A DNA stretch of 53,034 nucleotides from Candidatus Moranbacteria bacterium GW2011_GWA2_39_41 (GCA_000995125.1 LBXA01000002.1:1-53034), one strand, 5' to 3'; numbered from the stretch's first letter, positions 10,105-19,778 are shown. Numbers and translations are program-made. The notes: generated by a model not told the origin, from the sequence alone.

Positions 10105-10620
10105 ATGAAAATAAAAAAGTTAGCCGGCATATCGCTTATAGAAACAATCCTGTATTTGGCAATTGCAGTTGTTATTTTGGGCGTGCTTTTTTCCTATGGT
10201 TGGAATGTAATTGGTATGAATATTAAGGCACAGGTCGCTCAGGAAATTGAACAGTCAGCTCAATTGATTGGAGAGCGTCTGACCTATGAAATTCGCAATG
10301 CAGATAGCGTGGATATTGCCAATTCAAATTTTGGAGATTCAGCTAAGTTAGTTTTATTAAAAATAAATGAGGATACGGTGACCATCGAAAAATCTGGAGA
10401 TCAAATTGCAATTAAGCGTGGCGCAGGCGATTCGCTTGCTTTGAACTCGCAAGACGTCAAGATTAAAAATTTTATTTTGACGCAACAGGTTTCTGATACG
10501 AATGAAATACAATTTGTGGGTTTTTCTTTTGAGACAGTGGCAAATTATCCCGGATCTTTGGAGCGGAGCGAATATCAATATGCATTAAATTATCGCTCTG
10601 GCGTAGCGTTACGCAAATGA
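10105..10620 (+). CDS. pseudopilin-like protein
   Basis: N-terminus is ...LAG|ISLIETILYLAIAVVILGV. Confidence 0.7.
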   Translation: MKIKKLAGISLIETILYLAIAVVILGVLFSYGWNVIGMNIKAQVAQEIEQSAQLIGERLTYEIRNADSVDIANSNFGDSAKLVLLKINEDTVTIEKSGDQIAIKRGAGDSLALNSQDVKIKNFILTQQVSDTNEIQFVGFSFETVANYPGSLERSEYQYALNYRSGVALRK

Positions 10621-10684
10621 TTTCAGTATAATTAGTAGGAAAATAATGCTTCAGGAGCTAATCTTCCAATAACTTTCACCGAAA

Positions 10685-11059
10685 ATGAAAACAAAAGGAT
10701 ATGTAACTATTTTAGCTGTGCTGGTGCTTTTGGCAGTGACTAGTGGAATTGCCACAACTTTGATATTTTCTTCGACTGATGCCGTGGAGTCGCGGGAATC
10801 TTTACGTCAAGGCAGTCAAGCCCTGCTTTTTTCAGAAGCTTGCTTGGAAGAAGGACTTTTACAGATTATAAAAGACCCGACTTATAGTAGTGAAACTTTC
10901 ACTATGCCACAAGGCGACTGTGAAATAGCAGTTGAAAACAATAGCGGAATTTACATCATCCATGCCACAGGCAAGAATGCTAAGTTTGAAAAAAGCGTAA
11001 TCGCGCAGGTAAATTTGGATGCGGAAAAATTAATAGTACTAAGTTGGAGAGAGGAGTAA
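10685..11059 (+). CDS. PilX-like minor pilus component
   Basis: Hydrophobic N-terminal helix GYVTILAVLVLLAVTSGIATT without the G|F..E motif, located in the pilin cluster. Confidence 0.55.
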   Translation: MKTKGYVTILAVLVLLAVTSGIATTLIFSSTDAVESRESLRQGSQALLFSEACLEEGLLQIIKDPTYSSETFTMPQGDCEIAVENNSGIYIIHATGKNAKFEKSVIAQVNLDAEKLIVLSWREE

Positions 11060-11102
11060 AAAATGTTAAAATGCTAATAGGTTAATATGTTAACGTGTAA
11101 AT

Positions 11103-12077
11103 ATGCTGTTCTCACATAAGCGGACAATTCTCTTTATTAATAAAGAAAAGATTCAATGGGTGGCGGGGCAAGTTCCCAAAGGAAAACTTCTGGGCGAAGT
11201 GCAATCTTTGCCGTGGTCAGAAGAAAATTTCATTGTTGCATTAGATGAAATTTTCAACAAATTTCCAAAAAAATTGCGAATTGTGATTGGCGAGGAATTT
11301 TCCTATGTAACTCACTTTCAAAAAAATGATAAAAAAACTTCAATAGTTAGCGAAGCGCAAGCTTTTATCCCAGAAAAATTGCAGGATGGTTGGGATAGTT
11401 GCGAAGAAAAAACTGGTGATATACAAATAATGGCAGTTCAGCAAAAAATCTTCACAATGCTAAAGAAGGAAATTTATCATAGGAGTTTGCAAGTAGAAGC
11501 ATTGGAAATTGAATCAGTCTCCATTGCTCGGATGCTGCATGAGGAAAAAAATAAATGCTATATTTTTGCTAGAAATAGCGGAAGAATTATTTTAGGCATA
11601 GTGCAAGATGGCGAGATATTGGCTTCGAGAATTTTTTCTAAACTTCCAGATCAGGAATATGTGAAAAAACTTGTGGATTATATCGCAAGGCCGAAGGATG
11701 TTCCTATTGAGCAAGTATTTATCCAAGATAAAACCGGCAAGTTGTCCGTAATGCTTAAGAGTCTCGGCTTTAAGGTGCTGGATGGAGAATTGGATCCTAT
11801 GATTGGAATTTGTCGTAAACTTGATTTGACCGGTCGCGACAAGGATGTATTAAATATTCCGCTGAATCAATCAAATGGGGCGGGAAACAACAATGGGGAA
11901 AATAATGGGAGTATGAATTTGAGAGAAAAAATTTTGCTGATTATTTTTCTGTTAAGCGTAGTTGGCGGCTCAGCATTCGTGTATTATACTAAGAAAATTA
12001 AACCAGGCGTTGTGAAAATCGCTCCATCATTCCAGAACATTGAAAGTGATCCAACAGGGTTAAGGTGGGGGAAATAG
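11103..12077 (+). CDS. putative pilus assembly protein (PilM/PilN-like, C-terminal TM helix)
   Basis: The call rests on its position at the end of the pilus cluster and on the C-terminal TM helix ILLIIFLLSVVGGSAFVYY. The family assignment is weak. Confidence 0.45.
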   Translation: MLFSHKRTILFINKEKIQWVAGQVPKGKLLGEVQSLPWSEENFIVALDEIFNKFPKKLRIVIGEEFSYVTHFQKNDKKTSIVSEAQAFIPEKLQDGWDSCEEKTGDIQIMAVQQKIFTMLKKEIYHRSLQVEALEIESVSIARMLHEEKNKCYIFARNSGRIILGIVQDGEILASRIFSKLPDQEYVKKLVDYIARPKDVPIEQVFIQDKTGKLSVMLKSLGFKVLDGELDPMIGICRKLDLTGRDKDVLNIPLNQSNGAGNNNGENNGSMNLREKILLIIFLLSVVGGSAFVYYTKKIKPGVVKIAPSFQNIESDPTGLRWGK

Positions 12078-12164
12078 CGATTGTATAAAGACGCGCAATG
12101 TGGTAATGTTGGTGTATAAATCAAGTTAAGTCAATCTTTAATTTTTTTTTAATTAAATATTTAT

Positions 12165-12836
12165 ATGGAAAATAAAATCGTAGAAGAAGGTTGTGGAATA
12201 ATTAAACTTGAAGCCGAAGTTGTTTTGGACTGTTTAGAATGGGATATCCTTATTCTTGATAGGAATTTTAAGGTTATTTTTGCCAACAAGGCTTTTTTGG
12301 ATAAGGCTGGGATGAACAAATGTGATGCAGTCAGTAGCTTTTGCTATAAAATAACTCATCATTTGAATCAGCCATGTCAACCACCACATGATACTTGTCC
12401 GTTGGAAGAAATGCTCCGAACTGGCAAGCCAGCTATTGAAACACACATACACTTTAGGAAAAATAATGATAAGTTTCTAGCTAACACAGTCGTGGCTCCA
12501 ATTGCTGGACTCAGTTCAGATAAATTTTTGGCCAACACAGTAGTGGCCCCGATGAAAGGATTTAGTTCGGATATTTTCTTGCATGTTTCAATGTTGGTGA
12601 AAGATTCTAATAAGGCGAAAGAAGAAATGGAGAATGCGTTGAATAAAACTATGTATATTTTGGATGTTATAAATACTTATCAACGACAAATGGATGAATT
12701 GAAAGCGGCTAGGATTGATTTGGAATCAAAGATTAATGAGTTGGAAGAATTCAATAAGTTGGCCGTAGGCAGAGAAATGAAAATGATGGAACTCAAAGAA
12801 AGAATAAAAGAACTGGAGAAAGAGAACAATGCCTAA
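12165..12836 (+). CDS. PAS-like sensor protein with a Cys/His motif and a C-terminal coiled coil
   Basis: ILDRNFKVIFANKAFLDKAG is a PAS-like start. Cys/His motif is CYKITHHLNQPCQPPHDTCP. It contains an internal 17-aa tandem duplication and a coiled coil LAVGREMKMMELKERIKELE. Confidence 0.7.
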   Translation: MENKIVEEGCGIIKLEAEVVLDCLEWDILILDRNFKVIFANKAFLDKAGMNKCDAVSSFCYKITHHLNQPCQPPHDTCPLEEMLRTGKPAIETHIHFRKNNDKFLANTVVAPIAGLSSDKFLANTVVAPMKGFSSDIFLHVSMLVKDSNKAKEEMENALNKTMYILDVINTYQRQMDELKAARIDLESKINELEEFNKLAVGREMKMMELKERIKELEKENNA

Positions 12837-12853
12837 ATAATTAACAAAACAAG

Positions 12854-13246
12854 ATGGTGAAAAAAACAATTTTAGTGGTGGAAGATGAGTTGGAAATTCA
12901 GAAATTCATCATAAAAAAACTTGAGGACGGATGTTTTTCAGTTGTGGCAGTTAAGACGGTAGATGAGGCACTGGATGTTTTGAGTGAAAATAAAATTGAT
13001 GCTTTGTGGCTGGATCATTATTTGTTTGGCGAAAAAAGTGGCTTTGATTTGGTGGTTGAATTGAAGTCCAACGAAAAATTATGGGGAAAGATTCCTGTAT
13101 TTGTAGTTTCCAATACTGCAGGGCCAGATGATATTCAGTCCTATCTTGAGCTTGGCATAACTAAATATTTTGTAAAATCGAATGCTACTCTAGGTCAAAT
13201 AGTGGATGAGTTGAAAATGTATTTTGAGGGTAATGCAGTAACTTAG
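12854..13246 (+). CDS. single-domain response regulator (receiver only)
   Basis: ILVVEDE...DALWLDHYL...PVFVVSN matches a receiver domain. There is no output domain. Confidence 0.8.
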   Translation: MVKKTILVVEDELEIQKFIIKKLEDGCFSVVAVKTVDEALDVLSENKIDALWLDHYLFGEKSGFDLVVELKSNEKLWGKIPVFVVSNTAGPDDIQSYLELGITKYFVKSNATLGQIVDELKMYFEGNAVT

Positions 13247-13260
13247 TGTAGAAAAAACAA

Positions 13261-13291
13261 AAAAGCTGCCAAAAATCGGCAGCTTTTTTTG
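13261..13291. terminator. bidirectional intrinsic terminator between convergent genes
   Basis: AAAAAGCTGCC-AAAAATC-GGCAGCTTTTTTT: the stem is flanked by an A-run and a T-run. Confidence 0.8.
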
Positions 13292-13306
13292 TATCTCAAT
13301 TTTAGC

Positions 13307-15370
13307 TTAGACTTCGATAACAACCGGAAGTACCATAGGTCTTCTTTGTGTTTTAGTATATAGATAAGATCCGACGGTTTCACGAATGTTGTTTTTGACA
13401 TAGTCCCAATTGATGGAAGTGTCAGGTGAAGTTTTCTTGGCTACAATTTCTTCCACTTTCTTTTTGGTGGCATTTACTAGATCAAAGTTTTCTTTGACAA
13501 AGATGAATCCGCGGGAAGTGATTTGTGGTTTGCCGATGAGTTTCTTGGTTTTGCTGTCGATGATGACAGTGATGACAAACATCCCGTCTTCAGCTAGCAT
13601 TTGGCGATCACGCAAGACCACTTGTCCAACGTCACCCACACCAAGCCCATCTACCATGATATAGCTGGTATCAACTTTGCCAGGTAGTAGCACAGCTTTG
13701 TTTTTTTCGATTTCTAGCACGTTGCCATTATCAAGGACAATAACTTGTTCATTTCTAAATCCAGTTCTAATTGCTAATTTCTCAGCCTCTTTCAACATGT
13801 AATGATTGCCATAAACTGGTAGAAAGAAATCAGGCTGAACTTGTTTCAACATATCTTGGATATCAAACGAACTGCAGTGACCACTGATATGTACATCTAA
13901 GATGTCAGAGTGAATCACATTATCGCACTTACGATAAAGATTATCCTTGAGGCGCTGTACAGTTCTCTCATTGCCCGGAACAACAGAAGAAGAGAAGACT
14001 ATGGTATCTTTCTTTTCAATTTGAATGCTACGATGTTCTCCGTTTACAATGCGTGAAAGAACAGCATTGCCCTCGCCTTGTGCTCCAGTGCAAATTACAA
14101 TAATTTTATTAGCTGGGTAGTTTTGAATATTAGTTACGGGAATCAAGGTATCTTTATGCATTTTGATGTAGCCTAGTTCCTTGGCAATTTCGACATTCAT
14201 TTTCATGCTATAGCCGTCCAGTGCCACTCGCTTACCAATCTTTTCAGCATATTCTAGGATATGGCCAATGCGATTGATTTGTGAGGAAAACATTCCAATA
14301 ATAATTTTTCCTGGAGCTTCACTGATCAATTTTTCCAAATTGGCATACATTTCTTCTTCAGTTGTGCGGCTTGGATTTGTATTTATTGCGCCTAAACTTT
14401 CCAGCATCAAAATACGTGGACTAGGAAGTTTCGCCAACTCAGTGTAGGTCACAAGTGATTTGCCAGTAGCATCTTTTTCCATCGTCCAGTCTCCTGGGTG
14501 AATGATTGTGCCATGCGGGGTTTTGATGACTACACCCACGGCATCCATAATGGAATGCTCTATTTCAAAAAATTCTATTTCTAATTTACCAAGGCGTACT
14601 TTGTCGCTGGCCGATTTAACACGAATCGTTTTCATATTTTCCGCTGATCCTTGTTCAAAATCTTCCATTTTTTTCTTTACCAATGCCAAGGTCATATCGC
14701 GAGCTACGACAACTGGATAACCCAATTCTTTCAAGAGGATTGGGGCGGCACCGATATGATCAAGATGTCCATGACTGAGGACTACTCCGCGTATTTGTTT
14801 TTCCTTGCCCTTGAGATAATCAATGTTTGGAACGATATAATCTATTCCAGGCATATCTTCTTCTGGAAACATCATGCCCATATCAAGAATCACAATGTCG
14901 CCATCATATTCAAAGACGGTCATGTTGCGTCCGACTTCTTCATTGCCTCCGAGGGGGATGATGCGCAAATTATTTTTGGGTTGTAATTTCAATGTGTCAA
15001 TTCTGGGAGCATAGGTTGGTTTTGAACTAGTGCTACGACGTGAGGCTTTAGCTTTGTTTTGTGTTGGTTTTTTGGCAACATTATCATATACAGCCAATTT
15101 CTTGGGTGCGGCGTGATAGGCTACAATCGGTGTAGCAACTTTTTCAGTCTCAATTTTCAAGTGAGTTGTTGTTTTTGGTTTGTTAGCCGCGTACACCGGA
15201 TGTATTTTGGCTGGTTGTGTCGGAGCAGAAGCAACAAAATTGTTGTTGCGCATCGACATTGATTTATTAACTGCGGGTCTAGCCTGAAAAGGCTTTGCTG
15301 GGGTTCTGACGAACCTTGGCGGAGTGCTGACGTTTTGCTTGCCACGAGACAAGTCCATACTTTTTAACAT
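13307..15370 (-). CDS. rnj: ribonuclease J (metallo-beta-lactamase / beta-CASP) with a basic N-terminal extension of about 130 aa
   Basis: LGGNEEVGRNMTVFEY, the HGHLDHIGA motif, and a beta-CASP region. The N-terminal extension is Lys/Pro/Ala-rich and low in complexity. Confidence 0.9.
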   Translation of the reverse strand: MLKSMDLSRGKQNVSTPPRFVRTPAKPFQARPAVNKSMSMRNNNFVASAPTQPAKIHPVYAANKPKTTTHLKIETEKVATPIVAYHAAPKKLAVYDNVAKKPTQNKAKASRRSTSSKPTYAPRIDTLKLQPKNNLRIIPLGGNEEVGRNMTVFEYDGDIVILDMGMMFPEEDMPGIDYIVPNIDYLKGKEKQIRGVVLSHGHLDHIGAAPILLKELGYPVVVARDMTLALVKKKMEDFEQGSAENMKTIRVKSASDKVRLGKLEIEFFEIEHSIMDAVGVVIKTPHGTIIHPGDWTMEKDATGKSLVTYTELAKLPSPRILMLESLGAINTNPSRTTEEEMYANLEKLISEAPGKIIIGMFSSQINRIGHILEYAEKIGKRVALDGYSMKMNVEIAKELGYIKMHKDTLIPVTNIQNYPANKIIVICTGAQGEGNAVLSRIVNGEHRSIQIEKKDTIVFSSSVVPGNERTVQRLKDNLYRKCDNVIHSDILDVHISGHCSSFDIQDMLKQVQPDFFLPVYGNHYMLKEAEKLAIRTGFRNEQVIVLDNGNVLEIEKNKAVLLPGKVDTSYIMVDGLGVGDVGQVVLRDRQMLAEDGMFVITVIIDSKTKKLIGKPQITSRGFIFVKENFDLVNATKKKVEEIVAKKTSPDTSINWDYVKNNIRETVGSYLYTKTQRRPMVLPVVIEV

Positions 15371-15693
15371 AGTTTTTTGTAGATCTGCTTGTAAAATTAT
15401 AAATACAAAGAAAACAGATCTTTTTTAAAGTTGTTAGGTTTTAATATAAAAAAGAGTGTGATATTAAGGCTCTGTAATAAAATAAGTTGTGCAAGTTATT
15501 TCATGACAGAGTCTAACAGCAAGAAGTGGGGTGCTGTATCAGTTTCCTATTGAAAGACAATGACGCCAAAATGGTATCACTGATTTCAAACAAGAAGACT
15601 TAAACTCTAAGAAGTATTATTATAAATTAATAATACACTAATTATTCTATAAAGTCAACCCCAAGTTTGGTGGAGTGGGTGTGGATAAGTTTT

Positions 15694-16179
15694 TTAGCTT
15701 AAATATCTTTTATAAATTTTTGTCTGCAAGATAGCTGGCAGCAAATATTTGCGTGCTAGCCATACAAAAATAATCGCAAATCCAACGCTACCAAAAATAT
15801 CCACCGCGTGATGAACACCAGCCAACACGCGAAAAAACCCCACTAAAAATGCCAGTGTCAAAAGCGCTATGCCAACTCTTCGCTTGAAGAAAAAAACAAT
15901 CATTGCCGCTGATGCGCTCAAAAGCGTGTGATCAGATGGAAAGCCGTTGTCTTCGGTGTGCGCGATGAGCGGAACGAAATTGTCCACCACAAATGGCTGC
16001 GGGTCAAAATATAGAAAACTGCCAATTTTAGCTGCGACATAGACTATCGGCAAAGCTAACATCGCCAAAACTAACATTTCTTTTTGCTGTTTTTTGGGTT
16101 GCCATGCAAAATAAATGCCTGCCAAAAAAACAATAACCCAAATTAAACTTTGAGCGCCAAAAATTATTAACTTATCCAT
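15694..16179 (-). CDS. PAP2-family phosphatase (undecaprenyl-diphosphatase-like)
   Basis: Polytopic membrane protein with the PSDHT and RVLAGVHHAVD acid-phosphatase motifs. Confidence 0.8.
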   Translation of the reverse strand: MDKLIIFGAQSLIWVIVFLAGIYFAWQPKKQQKEMLVLAMLALPIVYVAAKIGSFLYFDPQPFVVDNFVPLIAHTEDNGFPSDHTLLSASAAMIVFFFKRRVGIALLTLAFLVGFFRVLAGVHHAVDIFGSVGFAIIFVWLARKYLLPAILQTKIYKRYLS

Positions 16180-16240
16180 ATTGTTTTTTTAAAAATAATC
16201 TCCCTTATTTCCTATAGAACCTCTTATATTATAGCACAAC

Positions 16241-16272
16241 AAAAAACGCTAGCACTACGCCAGCGTTTTTTT
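16241..16272. terminator. bidirectional intrinsic terminator
   Basis: AAAAAACGCT...AGCGTTTTTTT lies downstream of the minus-strand gene 16305-17366. Confidence 0.65.
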
Positions 16273-16304
16273 GATTGTCTGCAAACTGCAACCTACAATT
16301 TATT

Positions 16305-17366
16305 CTAATTCTCACAACTAGCCGCACTCGCGCCAGCTGTTGCTGTGCCTTCGCCAAATCCGGCTGCCGGAGCAGTGACTGACAATTTAGCCTCACATTC
16401 TTTCGGCGCATTATTGAAAGCTCCGCAAATGGCTTTCAAAATACTAGCTGAATCTCGTCCAGATTGCGCAGTTACACCATTCACAACTAATGTTGGTGAA
16501 CCTTGCACGCCATATTTGACATTATCAGTCTTGTCCACGCCAAATGGAGGGAATTGTCCATTGCTCCATTTGCTTTTGTCGACTGCATCTTTCTTCACAT
16601 TAAATTGTGTATCAGTTTGTGCTACACAAGATTTGATAGCTCCAGTAGAAACTCTAGCAAAAGTCATGCAAGCGTCAGCTGTACCTTCGCCTTTTTTCAG
16701 AAAACAAGTTAAATAGGCTGACAATCGAGCGGGTTGATTCTTTTGGATGCAATATTGGCGTAAATTCTCATCAATTTCTTTGTCACCATGCATTGCATAA
16801 TCTACGAATTTCAATTTATAGTCAATCTTGCTACCTAATGTTGTAATCACCGGCAAAATTCCTTTTTCCATCTGAGTTCCATATGGGCAATAACTCATCA
16901 CAAAAAGCTCTACACTTGGCTTATCGGTTTTCGGGATTTCTTTGGCTTCAGCTACAGGTGCATCTGTGGCAAGTTTGTCAGCCGGATTTATCTCCATCGC
17001 TTGTGGGAAAAATTTTGCGCCATCAGTCGTGATGTAGGTTGGAATTTCTTGTTCACCAACTTTGATAGTCACGCGATACAAGCCATTTTCCAAAACTGAG
17101 TCCTTAAATTCTGCAGTCATGCCAGGTTGCAACAATGTTCCATTCACAAATTCCAAAACCTTAGTTTTCGCTCCTTCCAAACCAATGTCAGTTTTTTTGG
17201 TTTTATAATAGTATCCACCTGCTCCCAACAAAATTGCTAGCAAAACTACGCCAGCGACAATGTGCTTTTTCTTTTTGCCACATTCACAAACTTGTTTGAA
17301 GAATTTCTTTGAAGTAGATTCCGTCACCGGTGCCACCACAGTTTCTTCTGTTTTTATTTCGTCCAT
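16305..17366 (-). CDS. membrane-anchored thioredoxin-fold / DsbA-like thiol-disulfide oxidoreductase
   Basis: N-terminal TM helix, CPYG active-site motif in FVMSYCPYGTQ, a GSPTLVVNG motif, and several extra Cys residues. Confidence 0.7.
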   Translation of the reverse strand: MDEIKTEETVVAPVTESTSKKFFKQVCECGKKKKHIVAGVVLLAILLGAGGYYYKTKKTDIGLEGAKTKVLEFVNGTLLQPGMTAEFKDSVLENGLYRVTIKVGEQEIPTYITTDGAKFFPQAMEINPADKLATDAPVAEAKEIPKTDKPSVELFVMSYCPYGTQMEKGILPVITTLGSKIDYKLKFVDYAMHGDKEIDENLRQYCIQKNQPARLSAYLTCFLKKGEGTADACMTFARVSTGAIKSCVAQTDTQFNVKKDAVDKSKWSNGQFPPFGVDKTDNVKYGVQGSPTLVVNGVTAQSGRDSASILKAICGAFNNAPKECEAKLSVTAPAAGFGEGTATAGASAASCEN

Positions 17367-17395
17367 TTATATTATATGGCTATATTGTTAGAACA

Positions 17396-17416
17396 TTATA
17401 TTGTCAGACAATATAA
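17396..17416. repeat. 21-nt perfect palindrome in the promoter region of the DsbA-like gene
   Basis: TTATATTGTC-A-GACAATATAA is embedded in a longer imperfect inverted repeat (about 17381-17436). Confidence 0.7.
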
Positions 17417-17483
17417 CAATGTATCAATATAACAATTTTATTTGAATTACCTACCCAGTATACTTGATATTGACTTTTCCGTC

Positions 17484-17520
17484 AAAAAAATAGCGCCAAC
17501 CGCCGCGACGGTCTGGTGCT
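17484..17520 (-). terminator. intrinsic terminator of uvrB
   Basis: GC-rich stem GCACCAGACCG...CGGTTGGCGC is followed by a T-run on the minus strand, 24 nt after the uvrB stop. Confidence 0.75.
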
Positions 17521-17543
17521 TTTCTATTTTTCAAATACTTTTT

Positions 17544-19631
17544 TTATTTCAATTGTAACTTACGCAATTGCGAAATTTCATCCCGAATAACAGCCGCTTT
17601 TTCAAATTGCAAAGCCTTGGAAGCCACTTTCATTTCTTTTTCTTTTTGTCGAATGTAGCCCTGCACATCTTCCAATGATTCCAATTCCGAAAAGTCTCGT
17701 GTGAATTCTGGCTTGATTTCGTGATCCACAATTGATTCAATGTTTTTCTTGATAGTTTGTGGCGTGATATGATGTTTTTTATTATACGCTGTTTGCACCG
17801 CCCGCCGACGATTGGTTTCATCAATGGCACGCTTTATGGAGCCCGTGATTTTGTCGGCATACAAAATCACTCGCCCAGAAACATTGCGAGCCGCCCGCCC
17901 GATCGTTTGAATGAGAGATGTCTCACTGCGCAAAAAGCCTTCTTTGTCGGCATCCAAAATCGCCACTAGCGAAACTTCTGGCAAATCCAGTCCTTCGCGC
18001 AAAAGATTGACACCCACCAAGACATCAAATTCTCCACGCCGCAAATTTTCCAAAATCCGAATGCGATCCAAGGTGTCCACATCAGAATGCAGATAGTCCG
18101 TCTTGATACCATTTTCTTTCAAAAATTCTGACAAATCCTCCGCCATTTTTTTGGTCAGCGTTGTGATCAAAACTCGCTCCTGCTTGGCCACCACTTTTTC
18201 AATCTCTGGCAAAATATCTTTCACCTGTCCTTTAGCCGGCTTAATAATCACCTCTGGATCTATTAATCCGGTTGGTCTAATTATTTGTTCGATAACACCA
18301 TTCCCAAATTCTATATTTTGTTTGTAATTTGTGATTTGTGATTTGGAGTTTGTTTGTGATTTGTTTTTTGTGATTTGTGATTTTTCCAACTCATACACAC
18401 TCGGTGTTGCCGATGTAAATATAACTTGATTCAATTTTGATTCAAATTCACTAAACTTAAGTGGTCGATTGTCATAGGCACTTGGCAAACGGAAACCATT
18501 GTCCACCAAAGCTGTCTTACGCGAAAAATCTCCATTAAACATCCCGCCAATTTGCGGAATGGTCACATGCGATTCATCTACCACCATCAAAAAGTCTTTG
18601 GGGAAATAGTCAATCAAAGTGTCTGGCGCTTCCCCAGCATTTCTGCCCGTCAAATAGCGTGAATAATTTTCAATCCCGTTGCAATAACCAATTTCACGCA
18701 TCATTTCAATGTCTTGGCGTGTTCGGCGGAGAAGTCTTTCCGCTTCCAAAAGCTTGCCAGCCTTTTTCAACAGCGCCACTTGTTTTTCCAAATCTTTTTC
18801 AATCGAGCTTTGCGCTTCTTGCATAATTGGTTTCGGCACCACAAAATGCTTGGCCGGAAAAATCATCACTTGTTCCAATTTGCCCAGCTCCGCGCCCGTC
18901 AAAAAATCATATTCAAAAATCTTCTTTACCCCGTGAAATTGTGCCCTAGGCACACCGGCTTTGCCTGATTTCACTGGGGTTTCATCAATCATGCCAAGCT
19001 CAATACGTGTCACAACTTCTCTTGCGGGTGACATAATCTCCACCGTCTCACCCGTCATGCGAAATTTGGAACGACCCAACATGTCTGTGCGCAAATATTG
19101 CATCTCAATCAATTCTTTAGAAATTTCTTCCCGCGAAATATTTTGCCCCACTTTGATTTCCATCGCAATGTCACGATAATATTCCGGTGAACCCAAACCA
19201 TAGATACAAGAAACGGACGCCACAATAATCACATCCCTGCGTGACAGCAAAGCCGCGGTGGATGCATGACGCAGCCGATCAATCTCTTCATTGATTTGTG
19301 ATTCTTTTTCAATATAAGTGTCGCTGGATGCAATATAGGCTTCCGGCTGATAGTAGTCATAATAGGACACGAAATATTCCACCGCGTTCTTCGGGAAAAA
19401 AGTGCGAAACTCCTGCGCCAACTGCGCCGCCAAAGTCTTGTTAGGCGCAATGACCAAGGTTGGTTTTTGCACTTGCTCAATCACGTTGGCAATCGTAAAA
19501 GTTTTCCCCGACCCCGTCACGCCCAAAAGTGTCTGGAATTTCTGCCCAGCCTGAAGCCCCGCCACCAATTTTTCAATCGCTTGTGGTTGATCCCCCGCTG
19601 GCTTATATTTAGAATTAATTTTGAATCGCAT
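17544..19631 (-). CDS. uvrB: excinuclease ABC subunit B
   Basis: Walker [11 protein letters not shown], the [13 protein letters not shown] hairpin region, helicase motifs, and a C-terminal UVR domain. It carries an in-frame low-complexity insert. Confidence 0.95.
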   Translation of the reverse strand: MRFKINSKYKPAGDQPQAIEKLVAGLQAGQKFQTLLGVTGSGKTFTIANVIEQVQKPTLVIAPNKTLAAQLAQEFRTFFPKNAVEYFVSYYDYYQPEAYIASSDTYIEKESQINEEIDRLRHASTAALLSRRDVIIVASVSCIYGLGSPEYYRDIAMEIKVGQNISREEISKELIEMQYLRTDMLGRSKFRMTGETVEIMSPAREVVTRIELGMIDETPVKSGKAGVPRAQFHGVKKIFEYDFLTGAELGKLEQVMIFPAKHFVVPKPIMQEAQSSIEKDLEKQVALLKKAGKLLEAERLLRRTRQDIEMMREIGYCNGIENYSRYLTGRNAGEAPDTLIDYFPKDFLMVVDESHVTIPQIGGMFNGDFSRKTALVDNGFRLPSAYDNRPLKFSEFESKLNQVIFTSATPSVYELEKSQITKNKSQTNSKSQITNYKQNIEFGNGVIEQIIRPTGLIDPEVIIKPAKGQVKDILPEIEKVVAKQERVLITTLTKKMAEDLSEFLKENGIKTDYLHSDVDTLDRIRILENLRRGEFDVLVGVNLLREGLDLPEVSLVAILDADKEGFLRSETSLIQTIGRAARNVSGRVILYADKITGSIKRAIDETNRRRAVQTAYNKKHHITPQTIKKNIESIVDHEIKPEFTRDFSELESLEDVQGYIRQKEKEMKVASKALQFEKAAVIRDEISQLRKLQLK
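18317..18385 (-). repeat. degenerate CAAATCA heptamer array in frame within uvrB
   Basis: The sense strand carries repeated CAAATCA / CAAATTA units encoding [23 protein letters not shown]. Confidence 0.85.
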
Positions 19632-19760
19632 AATATGTTAGATATTAGAGCGTTGTTTACAGTTTTGTAGGATAAAAATATTTCACCTTATCCAATCATA
19701 TCACAATATCAAAACCACAACGATTTTTATGCTACAGCAATAAATTTGTCGAGTTTTAAT

Positions 19761-19771
19761 TGTGCTATAAT
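19761..19771 (+). promoter_or_regulatory. extended -10 box TGTGCTATAAT
   Basis: Identical 11-mer to 119-129. The TATAAT ends 7 nt before ATG 19779. Confidence 0.45.
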
Positions 19772-19778
19772 GAAAGCA

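Noticed and set aside
10618-10620. An alternative genetic code (TGA as a sense codon, as in some candidate phyla)
   Set aside because: All conserved proteins translate at full length under the standard code. TGA closes several well-delimited genes (10105-10620, recO, tgt, the U32 gene, the TrmH gene).
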